Below the pieces are notes generated by a model. It worked only from the letters and a program-made list of their open reading frames with translations. It did not search any database and was not told the origin of the DNA. DNA of 64,000 nt from Lama glama (Eukaryota), in contig CM052821.1 in NCBI GenBank assembly GCA_028534125.1, positions 53,630,001 to 53,694,000 of the forward strand, given 5' to 3'. Position 1 is the first letter of the stretch. Each line of letters opens with the position of its first letter. Of the stretch, positions 9,921-21,040 are shown piece after piece. Made by a program: the position numbers and the translations under genes.

Positions 9921-12900
9921 TCCAGTGGCCAAATCGAGGAGGAGTTTCAGGCAAAGGTGGGCGTGGTTCTGCTCCCCCCCCCACCGTTCTGGCGTCTTCC
10001 TTGGTCCCCCACCCCGAGCAGCCAGTGCCACAGGAAGCAAATCTGCCAGTTTGGGCGGCCTCAGCTCCCGCTGTGGCTTTGTTTCTGCTATTTGATTTCC
10101 GTTGTCGTGGAAACGTGTGACAAGTGTCCCTCGTTAGCACTGGTCCTCCTGACACAGTCGGCGTCCAGGAGAGGCGGCGTGGAGGTTGCGGGCCTGCATT
10201 CTGTTCGGAGTTGGGACGATGAACCAGGCCTGTGCCCACTCGCAGACCCTCCTGTCCACCTGCCCCGCAGCCGGGTCTCCAGGCCCAGGCTGAGATCGAA
10301 GGCTGATCGGAGGCCAAAGTCTATTGTTCAGTTTTTCGCTGAGCCAGATAAACACGTCTTAAGTCACACACAGGAATGGGTCCTCCCTTCCTTCCTTCTT
10401 TGTGCCTTGTGGGTTGGTTTCCTGGGGAGCAGTGTGCTGGCCCGTGAAGCCGTTGGTAGCAAAGATATAAATAATACTTTGTGGTTAGCAGACCCCTATC
10501 ATGTAAAAACACCCCAATCCTCCCGGCAGCTGGATCCTTTGTGGTCTTCTTCAGAGTCATCCCAAAGGGGCCTTTCCCTCAAACTGCAAGTCATGGCGTG
10601 GTCCCTGCCCATGCCCCTCTGTGACTGTGCTGTGTGTCTCCTCTGTGTCCCCCTACATGCCCACCAGCCTCACGCTCCTCTGCATTTTGAACGCCTCCTC
10701 CGGCTGCACCCTCTTCACCAGTGAGTGCCCCTGTTTCTTTCTTAGCATTTCCAGCAGGTGCTAAACCCGGCCGGCCCTCATCCCTTCTCTGCTTTATGGA
10801 GGAGGGTCATTTAGACCAGCATGGAACCTGGGCTAGCCGTTTGACTTTCCCCAGGAAGATGCTGAGGACCTGGTATGAGGACAGTGGGGAAGGGGGCCCT
10901 GGTATCCGCCTCCACTCAGACGGACAGGAGCCTGATTTGCGGAACGAAGCACGCTGGGAAGTTTCCATCACTCTAGAGGGTCGTGTGGGTCTTGGGGCTT
11001 AAATAGAAGAATGGTGTTGGGAGCGTTTTCAGGGACAAGCTGCAATTTGGATTTTTTTAGGGGTATCTGATACAATGGATTTCTCTTTAAGGATCTTTTG
11101 GTTCTGTCTTTCCCTTTTAACTGGCTGTTCTTGGCCAGCAGCTGGCTTTCCTCGTCACCTCTGGGAAGAGATTCTGTCTGTCTTTTCTTTGGAAGCAGAG
11201 TCAGTGGAAGGGGCTTAGCGTTGGGCCGTCTAGGGGTGAGTCCAGCCCTGCCCTTATTAGCACCAGTCTTGGCAGTCGGCATAGTCACTCTGACGCTCGA
11301 TTTTCCTGCCCGGGAAGTGGGCACTGTGGTCCAACCGAGGTGTGCTGAGCTCCCTGGGGCCCAGGGACTGTCCCAGTCTCTTAACGTGCTTTGTCTCTTG
11401 CAGTCCTCGTAACAACTTTATTTTACAGCAGAGGAAACCGAAGCACAGAGAGGCGAACTAACCCGCCCGAGGTCACACAGAAAATGGGAACGGGAGTCAG
11501 GATGTTAGTTGGTGCTTTTAGCCTCTGCTTGAGGCTTGAAGGCCATCTTCCTGGGACCTGCTGGGGGACAGAGAGAGACGACAGTTGTCCAAACGCTCCT
11601 GCGCCTCTGACACCAAGAAAGCTCCCCATAAGTGCTCCTTCCTCTCTCCGATGGAATAAAGAACACACACCTCCCCTGGGCTCTGCCTGGTATGTCCTTA
11701 AAGAAAGGGACATTGGTGCCCGGGTCCGCATGTGACCGAGACAGGAGCCCTGCCCTCAAGGAGATCACAGACTGATTTTTGCCTTGATTGTTCACGTTCC
11801 TTTGAGCAGGTTTTCGTAGGTGTGTGGGTACATTCCGAGAGGACAAACCAGCAGTTGAGGGAGGGCCTTGAGGAAATTGAATGCAGGCGGGCTCTTAGTT
11901 CATTCTCTGAAGTAGCTCGTCAGGGACAGTAGACCTCACTATCCACAGCAGAAAGCGATGGCACCAGGCCGAGGGGCCCTTCCCGTGTGACGCTGGGAGT
12001 GGGCAGGGATGAGAGGGCTTGGTGGCTGATGGAGAGGCAGGTCCTGCCCGCCCTTCCGGGGCTGTGCTGGGCTTTGTGCCTCTTGCTTTTTCTTACTGGG
12101 GGGGGGTGGATGACTGCGTTCTCTGCCCTCCCCTGGGAGAATCACAGAGTACGCGAGTAGTCAAGGCTCTGAGAAGTCCTGCAGAAAAAGACCGCTGTTT
12201 AGCTCTGCTTCAGCCGGTATTTCCGCCGCTGCCCGGACCCTGGCGTAATTCATGCAGGACCTAGGCACGTCCACGTCTGTGGTGTTCTCTCGGGGAAATA
12301 ATCATGGGGACCAAATAAACAGGTGTCTTGCTCATATATATATACCGCTGTTTTCCAGTTTTTCACGGTTTCCATTGCACTTCAGAAAACGAGCTTAAAA
12401 GCTGTGCTGAATGTGTTTTCTCTGTCTGAAAAGTACAGCTGCTGGTGCGAGGAGGAGGTCTGTTAAATTTGCTGTTAGAAAAGGGGTCCCCAGGCTCTGA
12501 AAGCTCAGGGATCCGAGCTGAGAGCCCCCTTCTGTTGTGGCTCCGTGGCCTCCTGACCCCACCCCCACAGCCTGCTGATCAGCCCCCCGGCTCTGTCTTT
12601 TCACCCTAAGGTCTTTTCTGGAATAGCTCTGGTCATCGGTGCGTTTTGCCCCCTCCTTTCTGGCTGATGTCTGCTGCCTATGAAGACTCAGAAGTTATGC
12701 TTGGCTCAGGTCAACGAGTGTGTGTTTGTTCTGGATGTTCCAACTCTTGGGGTAAGCAGGCTAGGTCCTGGCTCCATTTCTTTCTAGTCATGTGACCTTG
12801 ATCTTCCTCACTGGTAAAGTGACCATGACCAAGGCAGTCCACTCGCTCTATTGAGGACCCCTGTGGCCGTCCACGCCTGCCTGGAGCAAGACTGCCTCCT

Positions 12901-15579
12901 CTGTATCACTGCCCACTGCTGTTCTGTCTCCCCAATCCCTCTCCTGGCTAGCACCTGCCTCTGGCGTCCAGGACCATAAGAGCTTTCTAAGATTTCTTCA
13001 GTGTCCGTGACTTCCCCATATCTCTTATTTTGTGGAGAGGACCTTGTAGTTGGGTGGCCCTGGTTCCAACAGGAAAGTCTGCATTTAGTTGCCTCCTTGG
13101 CCGAGTTGCCTGCTTGCTGAGCCTCCACGAGCCGGTCTGTAGTGGCACCCTGGTCCCCGGCTGTCGGGAGCCTGAGTGAGCTCAGGTTTGAGGGTGTGGG
13201 TAGGCAGGCCCTCGATAGAGGCAGACTTCCGTCCTCAGTGGCACATGCCTGTAGTCTCTGTTCCCACCCTGCGGGCCTTTCTGGGTTGAGGGATTTCAAG
13301 CTGGGTGTGGCATGGGACAAGACAAGGGAACTTGAAAATGAAGAGCTGGCAGTTAGCTAAATGGGACTTCAGAAGCACCCTCTGTCTTCCTGGCTTGTTA
13401 GCCAGCCTCCTGCTACAGGGTGACCCAGGGCAGAAGGACATGCCTCCCCTGCCTGCTAGGAACGTGGGGAAGGAGACTGGCAGCTTCTCCCTACACCCTG
13501 TGGGCCAGGCTCCTGTAAGATGTGACTGCAAAGTTGCCTCCTCCAGGAAGCCTGCCTGAAATGCCTTCCTGGGTCCTTGGCATCCTCACATACCTCCATT
13601 ATTTGTCTCCTGGATGCTGAGGCCCTTAGGGGCAGGGCCTGGGTGTGAGTCCTTGCCCGCTGATCCAGCCCCAGGCCTGACATTAGTGGACATCCACTAA
13701 GTATTCGTTGGATGAGTAAATGAGCAGGTACAAACGGAGCCAAATCCCATCATGGTTACATGGTTACACTGTAAAACATGCATCGAGAAATCAGACTTCT
13801 TTTACTAAGTGGAGGAAATTTAAAGTTAAAGTCAATGAATTAATGCAGCCATACCTACTCTTCCCCAGCCCCTGACTCTCTCACCTCTCAGACGCCAGCT
13901 CCAAATAAAGGGAAATGAAGGGAACCAAGAGCTGAGATGTGTCCCTCCCATTATTTCCTCCGAACAGAAGTTTCCGTGCAGTGGGGGAGGTGGGACGAGC
14001 CTTTGAACTTGGGGTACACTTGCACAGAAGTGTTCGTCACTCGTAGAAGGCACAGAGGCGTCCGGGGAGGGGAAGCAACGTCCCTCTGAAAGGCAGGGAG
14101 CAGGTGGGTGCAGGAGGCTGCAGGTCCCTCCCCTCCAGCCATGCCGGGGACTGCCCTGCACACAGTAGGTCCACAGAACTCTCACAGTGTATCTGCTGAA
14201 AGCCCTGTGATCATCATTTTACGTGTTCTCTCACGAGTCCACAACCCCGAGGAAGAGGAGGTATGGTTACGATACGTATTTTACCGGGTATTCAGAGGAC
14301 ATCTCTTGAGGGCCTACTATGTGCCAGACCCTGAGCTGGGCTTTAAGGGTACAGATACGTCATCCTGTACTCAGGGCTGTGTGTTCAAGTTGGAGACGAT
14401 TTATTACAACATGAAATAATAACGTCTGGGGCAGGAACAGAGTAGGGTGCTAAGCCAGTCACAGGGGACTTCAGGGTGGGCGTCCCAGGAGGGCTCTGGG
14501 AAGCATGAGAAGGGACCAGACATCTCAGGCTGGCACGAGGCTTCCAGCAGATGGACCAAAGGAGGCCTGGCTGCATCGGAACAGGCGCTGTAGTTCGGGG
14601 CTCTGCGGTTCATTCTGCCGTCCACATGGCTGACAGGAGAAGGCCTCTTGGCGCTGTGACCCTGGGCTCGGGTCAGCGGAGCCTCCAGGCAGCAGCTGTC
14701 CTGGTCGCTCAGGCTGTTGGCTGTACACTTGGCTGGTTCGGCTGTCCTTGCCTTGCCCCCAGCTGTCAGCAGTGCCCAGAGCCCTCACCCTGCCGGAGCC
14801 CTGTGGCGTCCTTGGGGAGGGAGGGCGCCCGGTTGCTAGGGCAACCAGAGGTGGGAGGCCAAGGCCTCGGGCAAGTGGCTGAGCTGCTGGCAGCCCCAGG
14901 GAGCAAGGACCAGGGCAGGCTGATCCTAGCCTTTGGGGCAGAACAGTGACCCCCGCTAGCACCTTGCCCCCTAGGATGGAGGCAGGTGCGGGATGGAGGA
15001 GGGAGCATTGGACGTCGCTCACTGCCTCCTCTCCGTGCCTCTCAGCTTCCTGCTGCAGCCACTGGCCTGGCTGGTGAGGGTGTGTGGGTGGGTAGCGTCT
15101 GCCAGGGCCCGGCACACAGTGTGATAACGGAGGTGGATGGACACGGCTGTGGGGCTCGCCACCTCGTGTCCACCCTCGGCCAGAAAGCAGAGGGACAGAG
15201 AAGCCTAGGCTGGCCTGTGTGCCGAGGAGACCCACCCTGTGGGCTCCCTGGAGGTGGGGGCTGGGCGGCAGCAGGTAGGAAGGAGCCTGTCCCCTGAAGG
15301 GTCTGGCGGCAGGGACCCTGCCCCACCTTAGTCTTGAAGCTGAAAGATGCCTGCGCTGTGGTTAGTTAGCACTTACGGTCTGCAGAGCGCGGGTTGGGGT
15401 TTAAGCCACGCAGTGACCCCAGGAGGAGGGGAGCGTAGGGCTGTGGCTCCGGGGGATTCCAACGGAGTGGAAGTGTGAGGGAAGGTCCTGGGCTGCCCGC
15501 GGAGGCCCCCCGGCTGTGTGATGTCCCGAGCCCTCGCCTGTCCAGCCTTTTGGGGGCTCCCGAGTGCGCCCCAGCAGGG

Positions 15580-15787
15580 CCTCCACCTCGGCCCTTTTCC
15601 CACTTCGTGCTGGGTGATTCTCTGTGGGGGGCGATGGGGGTCCCGGGCACCGCAGGTGTTGAGCAGCATCCTGGCTTCCATCCACTGACGCCGGTAGCGC
15701 CTCCTACCTCCAGTTGTGAAAACCTCTAGTGTCTCCAGACTCTGTCAAACACCCCTAGAGGGCAACATTGTCCCTGGCTGAGAACGA
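15580..15787 (+). mobile_element. MER20 DNA transposon
   Basis: agcagcatcctggcttccatccactgacgcc...ccagttgtga...tgtctccagac...ctggctgagaac. Confidence 0.8.
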
Positions 15788-15959
15788 GGGACAGTGTCCT
15801 TAGGACCCCCACCTGACCCCCACCCCAGGAGTAGGGGACCAACGGAAGGGAGGACCCCTGGCAACCACTGACCTTTTTTTTTCTGGGGCCCTCGGCACGT
15901 GGGTGCCCAGAATCTTCCCAGAACACACATATGCAAACCCTGCAACCCTGAAGGCGTTT

Positions 15960-16520
15960 TAAAAAAAAGGACTTTATTTTTTAGAGCAATTTTAGGTTTA
16001 CAGCAATATTGAGCAGAGGGCACAGAGATTTCCCATACACCCCGCACATGCACAGCCCCCCTCATTCTCACGGCCCCCACCCCAGCAGAATGGTACACTC
16101 AACCAGAGAGCCTACACTGACATATCCTTGTCACCCTAAGTCCAGAGTTTACATTAGGGTCACTCTTGGTGTCGGACGTTTTGTGAGTTTGGACAACTGT
16201 ATGATGACACATATCTTCCATGACAGTGTCACACAGAGCAGTTCCACTGCCCTCAAAATCCTCTCCTCCGCCTGTTCATCCTTCCTCCCACCATCCCCTG
16301 GCAGCCACTGCTCTTACTGCTTCCATAGTTCTGCCTTTTCCAGAATGTCAGAGACTTGGAATCCTCCAGTGTGTGGCCTTTTCAGATTGGCTTCTGTCAC
16401 TTCGTAACATGCATTTAGGCTTCCTCTATGTCTTTCGTGGCTGGATAGCTCATTTCTTTTTTGTTCTGGGGGATATTCCATTGTCTGGATGGAGCACTGT
16501 TCACTTACCCATCACCTCCT
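15960..16520 (-). mobile_element. L1MC-type LINE-1 3' fragment
   Basis: ttttagagcaattttaggtttacagcaatattgagcaga...ttttcagattggcttc...ggatagctcatttctttt. Confidence 0.8.
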
Positions 16521-17334
16521 GAATGGCCTGCTGCCCTTTTTGCGGGTGTGCAGCTCAGGCTCTGCTGGATCGGGGCAGCGGGGTTGAGCACGGGTGTGAG
16601 CCCAGGCCTGGTGCTTGAGGTTGGAACCCTGAGGCTGGAGGGCGAAGCCAGGCAGGGGGCTGCAGGGGGTGGGGGTGGGGGAGAGAGAGCCGAGCCTCCC
16701 CAGCTGAGTCAGGTGGATGCCTGTCCTTGTAGACCTGCTGTCGGTTGATCCATAGTCCTCAGTGCTCGTCCTGCGAGCCCACCCCGGCCCTATCTGCCCA
16801 TAAATCCCCTGTGCTCCCCTCATTCAGGCCTGGAGACCCATGGTGCCCAGTGATACACAAGGGACCCCCTCCAAGTACTCTGGGCCACGCACAGCAGAGG
16901 CCAGGATGCGTTTTGAAGGACGCCTGTTGGACCGGCTCCGCGTAGGAGCTGTGAGTGTGTCGTGCGCCTGCCAGAGACCTGGTCAGCAACCCCCGTCTGC
17001 TCCAGCCCCCTGCGCGCAGGCCCTCAAACCCCTCCGGCACCGGCCGCCCGCGAGGTGGGTTGGCCATGGTGCCTCCCCCGTTTTCGGGGGAGAACGGGAG
17101 GACCAGGAGCGCTCCCAGGCCTGTCGCTTCCGCCCTGCGGCGTGTTCCGTCTCCCGTGGCGTAGAGGACGGCCCAGGCCGCCGTGCTGGGCGTGTCGCTG
17201 TCTGGGACCGCTGGTTTTTGTGTGTCTAATTGAGATATTACTCACTGCTGAGTGGTCAGGGCTCAGCCCGGGGCAGCCTGGCGTCTCAGTGTCCCAGGGT
17301 TGTACGCAGTTGGAGGGGCTTCTGTGATGGAAAT

Positions 17335-17682
17335 GTGCTCTCTCACAGTCTGGGGGCCAGAAGCCCCAAACCAAGGTGTGGCCGGGCCGCGCTCCTTTCG
17401 GGAGGCTCCCGGGGAGGGTCCTTCCTGCCTCTCCCAGCTCCCGTGGCTCCGAGCTCCCGCGCTTGTGGCCGCGTCCTTCTGCCTCCGCCTCTGGCCGTCT
17501 TCCCTGAGTCTCAGTGTCTCTGTCTTCTCCTCTTTTAAGGACACCGGTCATTGGGTGCCCTTCCTAACGACCTCATCTCGACTTGCGCACACCTGCAAAG
17601 ACCCCATTTCCAATAAGCCCACTCAGGGCGCTGGGGGCGAGGACCCCGGCGTGTTTCGGGGGATGCGGCTCCACCCGTGACG
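17335..17682 (-). mobile_element. MLT1 LTR, strongly GC-shifted
   Basis: ctctcacagtctgggggccagaagcccc...cttttaaggacaccggtcattgg...ctgcaaagaccccatttcca. Confidence 0.8.
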
Positions 17683-19214
17683 CGTCGCGAGTTCTTCCCG
17701 GGCTTCCACGTCTGTCTGCTCCCAGGGCGCTGGGGCTCCCCGGGGAGGCTGCCGTCCGCTTGGGAGGCCTGGCGGGAGGTCCTCCCCGGGATGGGAAGGG
17801 AGGCGTCAGGTGGACCCCCGGGAGGATGAAGGTGCCCAGGCGTCTGGGGAGCTGCATGGCTTGCTTGTTCGTGTTGATAGAAAGGGTGTCTGTACATGGC
17901 TTTAAAAATTAGAGGTAATATCAGCAGGTAGCTAAGCTTTACAGCCAGGGGAGCAGTTGTTTGAGGAGAGGCAGAAAGCTCAGCTGGGCCTGGTGGTCAG
18001 GAAGCATGAACACCAGGCTGAACGCCGGGGTCGGGGGCGTTGTGCAGAGCCACGGGGCCGGGGAGCCCTGGATTGGAGTCTCAGGCTCGGGCCCCAGGGC
18101 CTGGCCCTCCGCCCTCCTTCAGGGCCTGTTTGCGTGCTTGGCGGGGGTCTCTCTCCCCCGCTTCCAGGGACGGCCTCATTGCGGCTGTGTCTCCACTTCT
18201 ACTAATGACAGAAGCAGCCCTGGGAGAAGTTAACTTGCTCAAGGTCACACACCCAGGTGGTGCTGAGACCCGGGCCTGCCTGAGTCCCCCTCCTCCCTCC
18301 CCATCACCCCGCCCCTTCCCCGGCCCGTGTCCTCAGGTCAGGGCACGCGTGGGAGAGGTAAGGGGGGTGTCCAGTGCAGCAAAAGGCGACCGGTTTCCTG
18401 CGAGGAGCATCCTTTTCTTCATCGACTTGCTCATATGCTCCTGACACCGGGTGTAGACGGGTGAGCCTGGGTCCAGAGCCCTGGAAACAACTCTGACATC
18501 GGGGCTAGTTTTTATTATTTTTAGTGACTTTAGTGAATGGTGGCCTGGGGAAAGAGCTAGCGGACGCTGTAAGCATTTGAAAATGGCCAGTCTGCTACCC
18601 GAGGACCTGCCATGGGGTGGCCAATTCCTGGCAGGATCCTGGCAGGATGAAGAAGACCGGTGCTCCCGGGACAGAGAGGACACACGGAGGTCCCCGGGGC
18701 GGGGGGAGGCCATGAGGCACAGCTGGGGCCGACAGAGTCAGGCGATGAGCGCACCCCTGGCTGCTCTCCTGAGCACATCCGACAGCCAGGCCGAGGGGCG
18801 GCTGGGCGGTCCGACTCCCGACTCCGCCTGTGCCCGAGGCTGCGGTGCCGAGAAGCCCCGACTTCTCATCTTGCAGCTCGTGAGGCTGTCCTGCTCTTTT
18901 GCACGTAAGATGGTACGTTTCCGTGGATTTGCCGTTGGGCAGCCACCCTCCTTGGGCCTCCCTGTCGCGTGAGCCGTGACATGTGACGTGTGGGGATGGG
19001 TGTGCTTTCATCCACGGCATTGGTCCGACTCGTGCTTCTGTCCGTTCTGCTCGCGGGACCCAGGCGTGCCTGTTTCAGTGACAGTTGTGTCCTCCGAGCT
19101 TACCTGGTGCCTCACACAGAGCAGGTGCTCGGTAAAACAGGTGCAGCTGAAGAAGGTTCTGGGCCTTTAGAACTGGCGAGCGGAAGCTGGGGCTGTCCCG
19201 AGGCTGGGTGAGTC

Positions 19215-19682
19215 TTCTGTGGCTGCTGGAACACACAGGTTCTGTGGCTCAAAACAACACACATCCAACATCTTATGTTCTGGAGGTCGTAAGTCCTAAA
19301 GTCAAGGTGTCGGCTGGGTGGCTTTCCTTCTGGGGGCTCCAGGGGAGAATCCATTTCCTCGCCTTTTCCAGCTTCCAGACGTGCCCACATTCCTTGGCCT
19401 GTGTCTCCTTCCGTCTTTGAAGCCAGGAGCCTGCACCTTCCAGTCTGTCTCTGCGTGTATTGTCACGTTGCCCTTTTCTCACTCTGATCCCCCGCATCCC
19501 TTCTGTAAGGACCTCGGTGATGGCACTGCGCCCACCCAGGCGATCCAGGATAATGCCCCATATCACAGGATCCTTGAATTAATCACGCCTGCAGAGTCAC
19601 TTTTGCTTTGTAAGGTCACAGTTTCCAAGGAGGAGGATGTGGACAACTTTGGGGGAACGGGGACATGATTCACCCTACTGTC
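19215..19682 (-). mobile_element. MLT1 (C/D-like) LTR
   Basis: gttctggaggtcgtaagtcctaaagtcaaggtgtcggc...ggagaatccatttcc...taaggacctcggtgat...cccacccaggcgatccaggataat. Confidence 0.8.
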
Positions 19683-20301
19683 GAGCCCCCTAAAGAAGTA
19701 GAGAGTAACTCCAACGAGTTCCAGAAAGAAACACCAGAAAGGGATGTTAGGGTCCTGAAACATTCGTTCAGTCATTCATTCATGAATTCATCATTAACTC
19801 TCCAAGGGTCTCTGAGTGCGTCCTCTGGGCTGGACCCCGTGCAGGGGGCTGGGGAGACAAGCACCGTGGACATTAATCCAGTAACGCAGACGCACGTGTG
19901 CCTCAAATGTGACAAGACCGGAAAGGAAAGGGGTGGAACAGAGCAGGTGCAGTGGGGCTGTGCCTGTGCGGTGGGGAGCCTGGTGTGGTCTGGGCTGGCT
20001 GGGAGGGAAGCTCCATGTGCCTTTGGCTCCCACCTGCTCCTCTGGGGCTTTCCCTCCAAAGGCCCAGCCTCAAGAGCCCCAGTGAGTCCTGAAGGTCCTT
20101 CTCCTTTGTTGCCTGAGTGTCCCCAACATGCTGGGTGGAGCTGCCGTGTCGGGCGAGGGTGGAGCTGCCAGCACCAGGGACGTGTGGCTTCCAGCATCTC
20201 CAAAGCCACGTGCCTGGGAAGGCAGCTGCCCCACAGCCAGATTCTCTTGTTGAGGTGAAACCTTTGCAGACTGCACCTCGCTTGCTTTTACAGGCGGAGA
20301 C

Positions 20302-20320
20302 AGGCCGCTAGAGGGCGCTG
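20302..20320 (+). promoter_or_regulatory. CTCF consensus motif
   Basis: AGGCCGCTAGAGGGCGCTG closely fits the CCASYAGRKGGCRS core. Confidence 0.65.
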
Positions 20321-20740
20321 TGCTTCCAGCGTTTTCTGCGCTGTGGTCCCAGGTTCCCTCCCCGTGGAGCGTTTCTGCGGCAGGTGCACAGAGAATCCGT
20401 TCTTTCTCTTAAAATGACTTAATGATTTAATCTTCTTATTTTCCCAGCAGAGCACACTTTGGACTTCTCCGGATACAGTGGGGCATTACCGATCAGACTA
20501 ATTAATACAAGTTTCACTGCACAGGGACCAGCCAGATTTGCTTCCCCTGGCTTATTTTTCCCACCGCCGCTTCTGTCTTCTCTTCAGAAAGCACATTTCT
20601 CTCTTACTGTGTTATCCTCCTCGGGCTTGTCCTCCTGAGGTTTCGCTGCATCTCCGAATTGGTGGGACGCATCACACCGCTCGGCTCCAGGGGCCTTGAC
20701 CGCGGCTGGCAGACGCAAGGGGAGACGTCCGTGTGACTTT

Positions 20741-21040
20741 GTTTGAGACTGACGTGTAGTTGACTTACAACACTGTGTTAGTTTCAGGCCATTTGCAGCA
20801 ACATGGATGGACCTAGAGATTATCATACTAAGTGAAGTAAGTCAGACAGAGAAAGACAAGTATTACACGATATCACTTATAGGTGGAATCTAAAAAAAAT
20901 ACAGATGAACTTATTTACAAAACAGAAATAGACTCACAGACATAGAAAACAAACTTATGGTTTCCAAAGGGGTAGGGGGTGTGGAGGGATAAACTAGGAG
21001 TCTGGGGTTAGCAGATACACACTACTGTATGTAAAACAGA
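20741..21040. mobile_element. 5'-inverted (twin-primed) LINE-1 insertion
   Basis: 20741-20788 is the L1 3' terminus on the minus strand; 20789-21040 is upstream L1 sequence on the plus strand; flanked by tgtgacttt / tgtggcttt. Confidence 0.8.

Noticed and set aside
9888-10724. 278-aa ORF (longest in the track)
   Set aside because: Non-ATG start inside a MIR, no recognisable domain, composition typical of GC-rich intron.
14525-15235. 236-aa minus-strand ORF
   Set aside because: Pro/Gly/Ala-rich stop-poor GC sequence, overlapping ORFs in several frames, no homology recognised.
18515-18524. Isolated MEF2-consensus matches (also 27618-27627)
   Set aside because: Single AT-rich 10-mers with no supporting neighbouring motifs; expected by chance.
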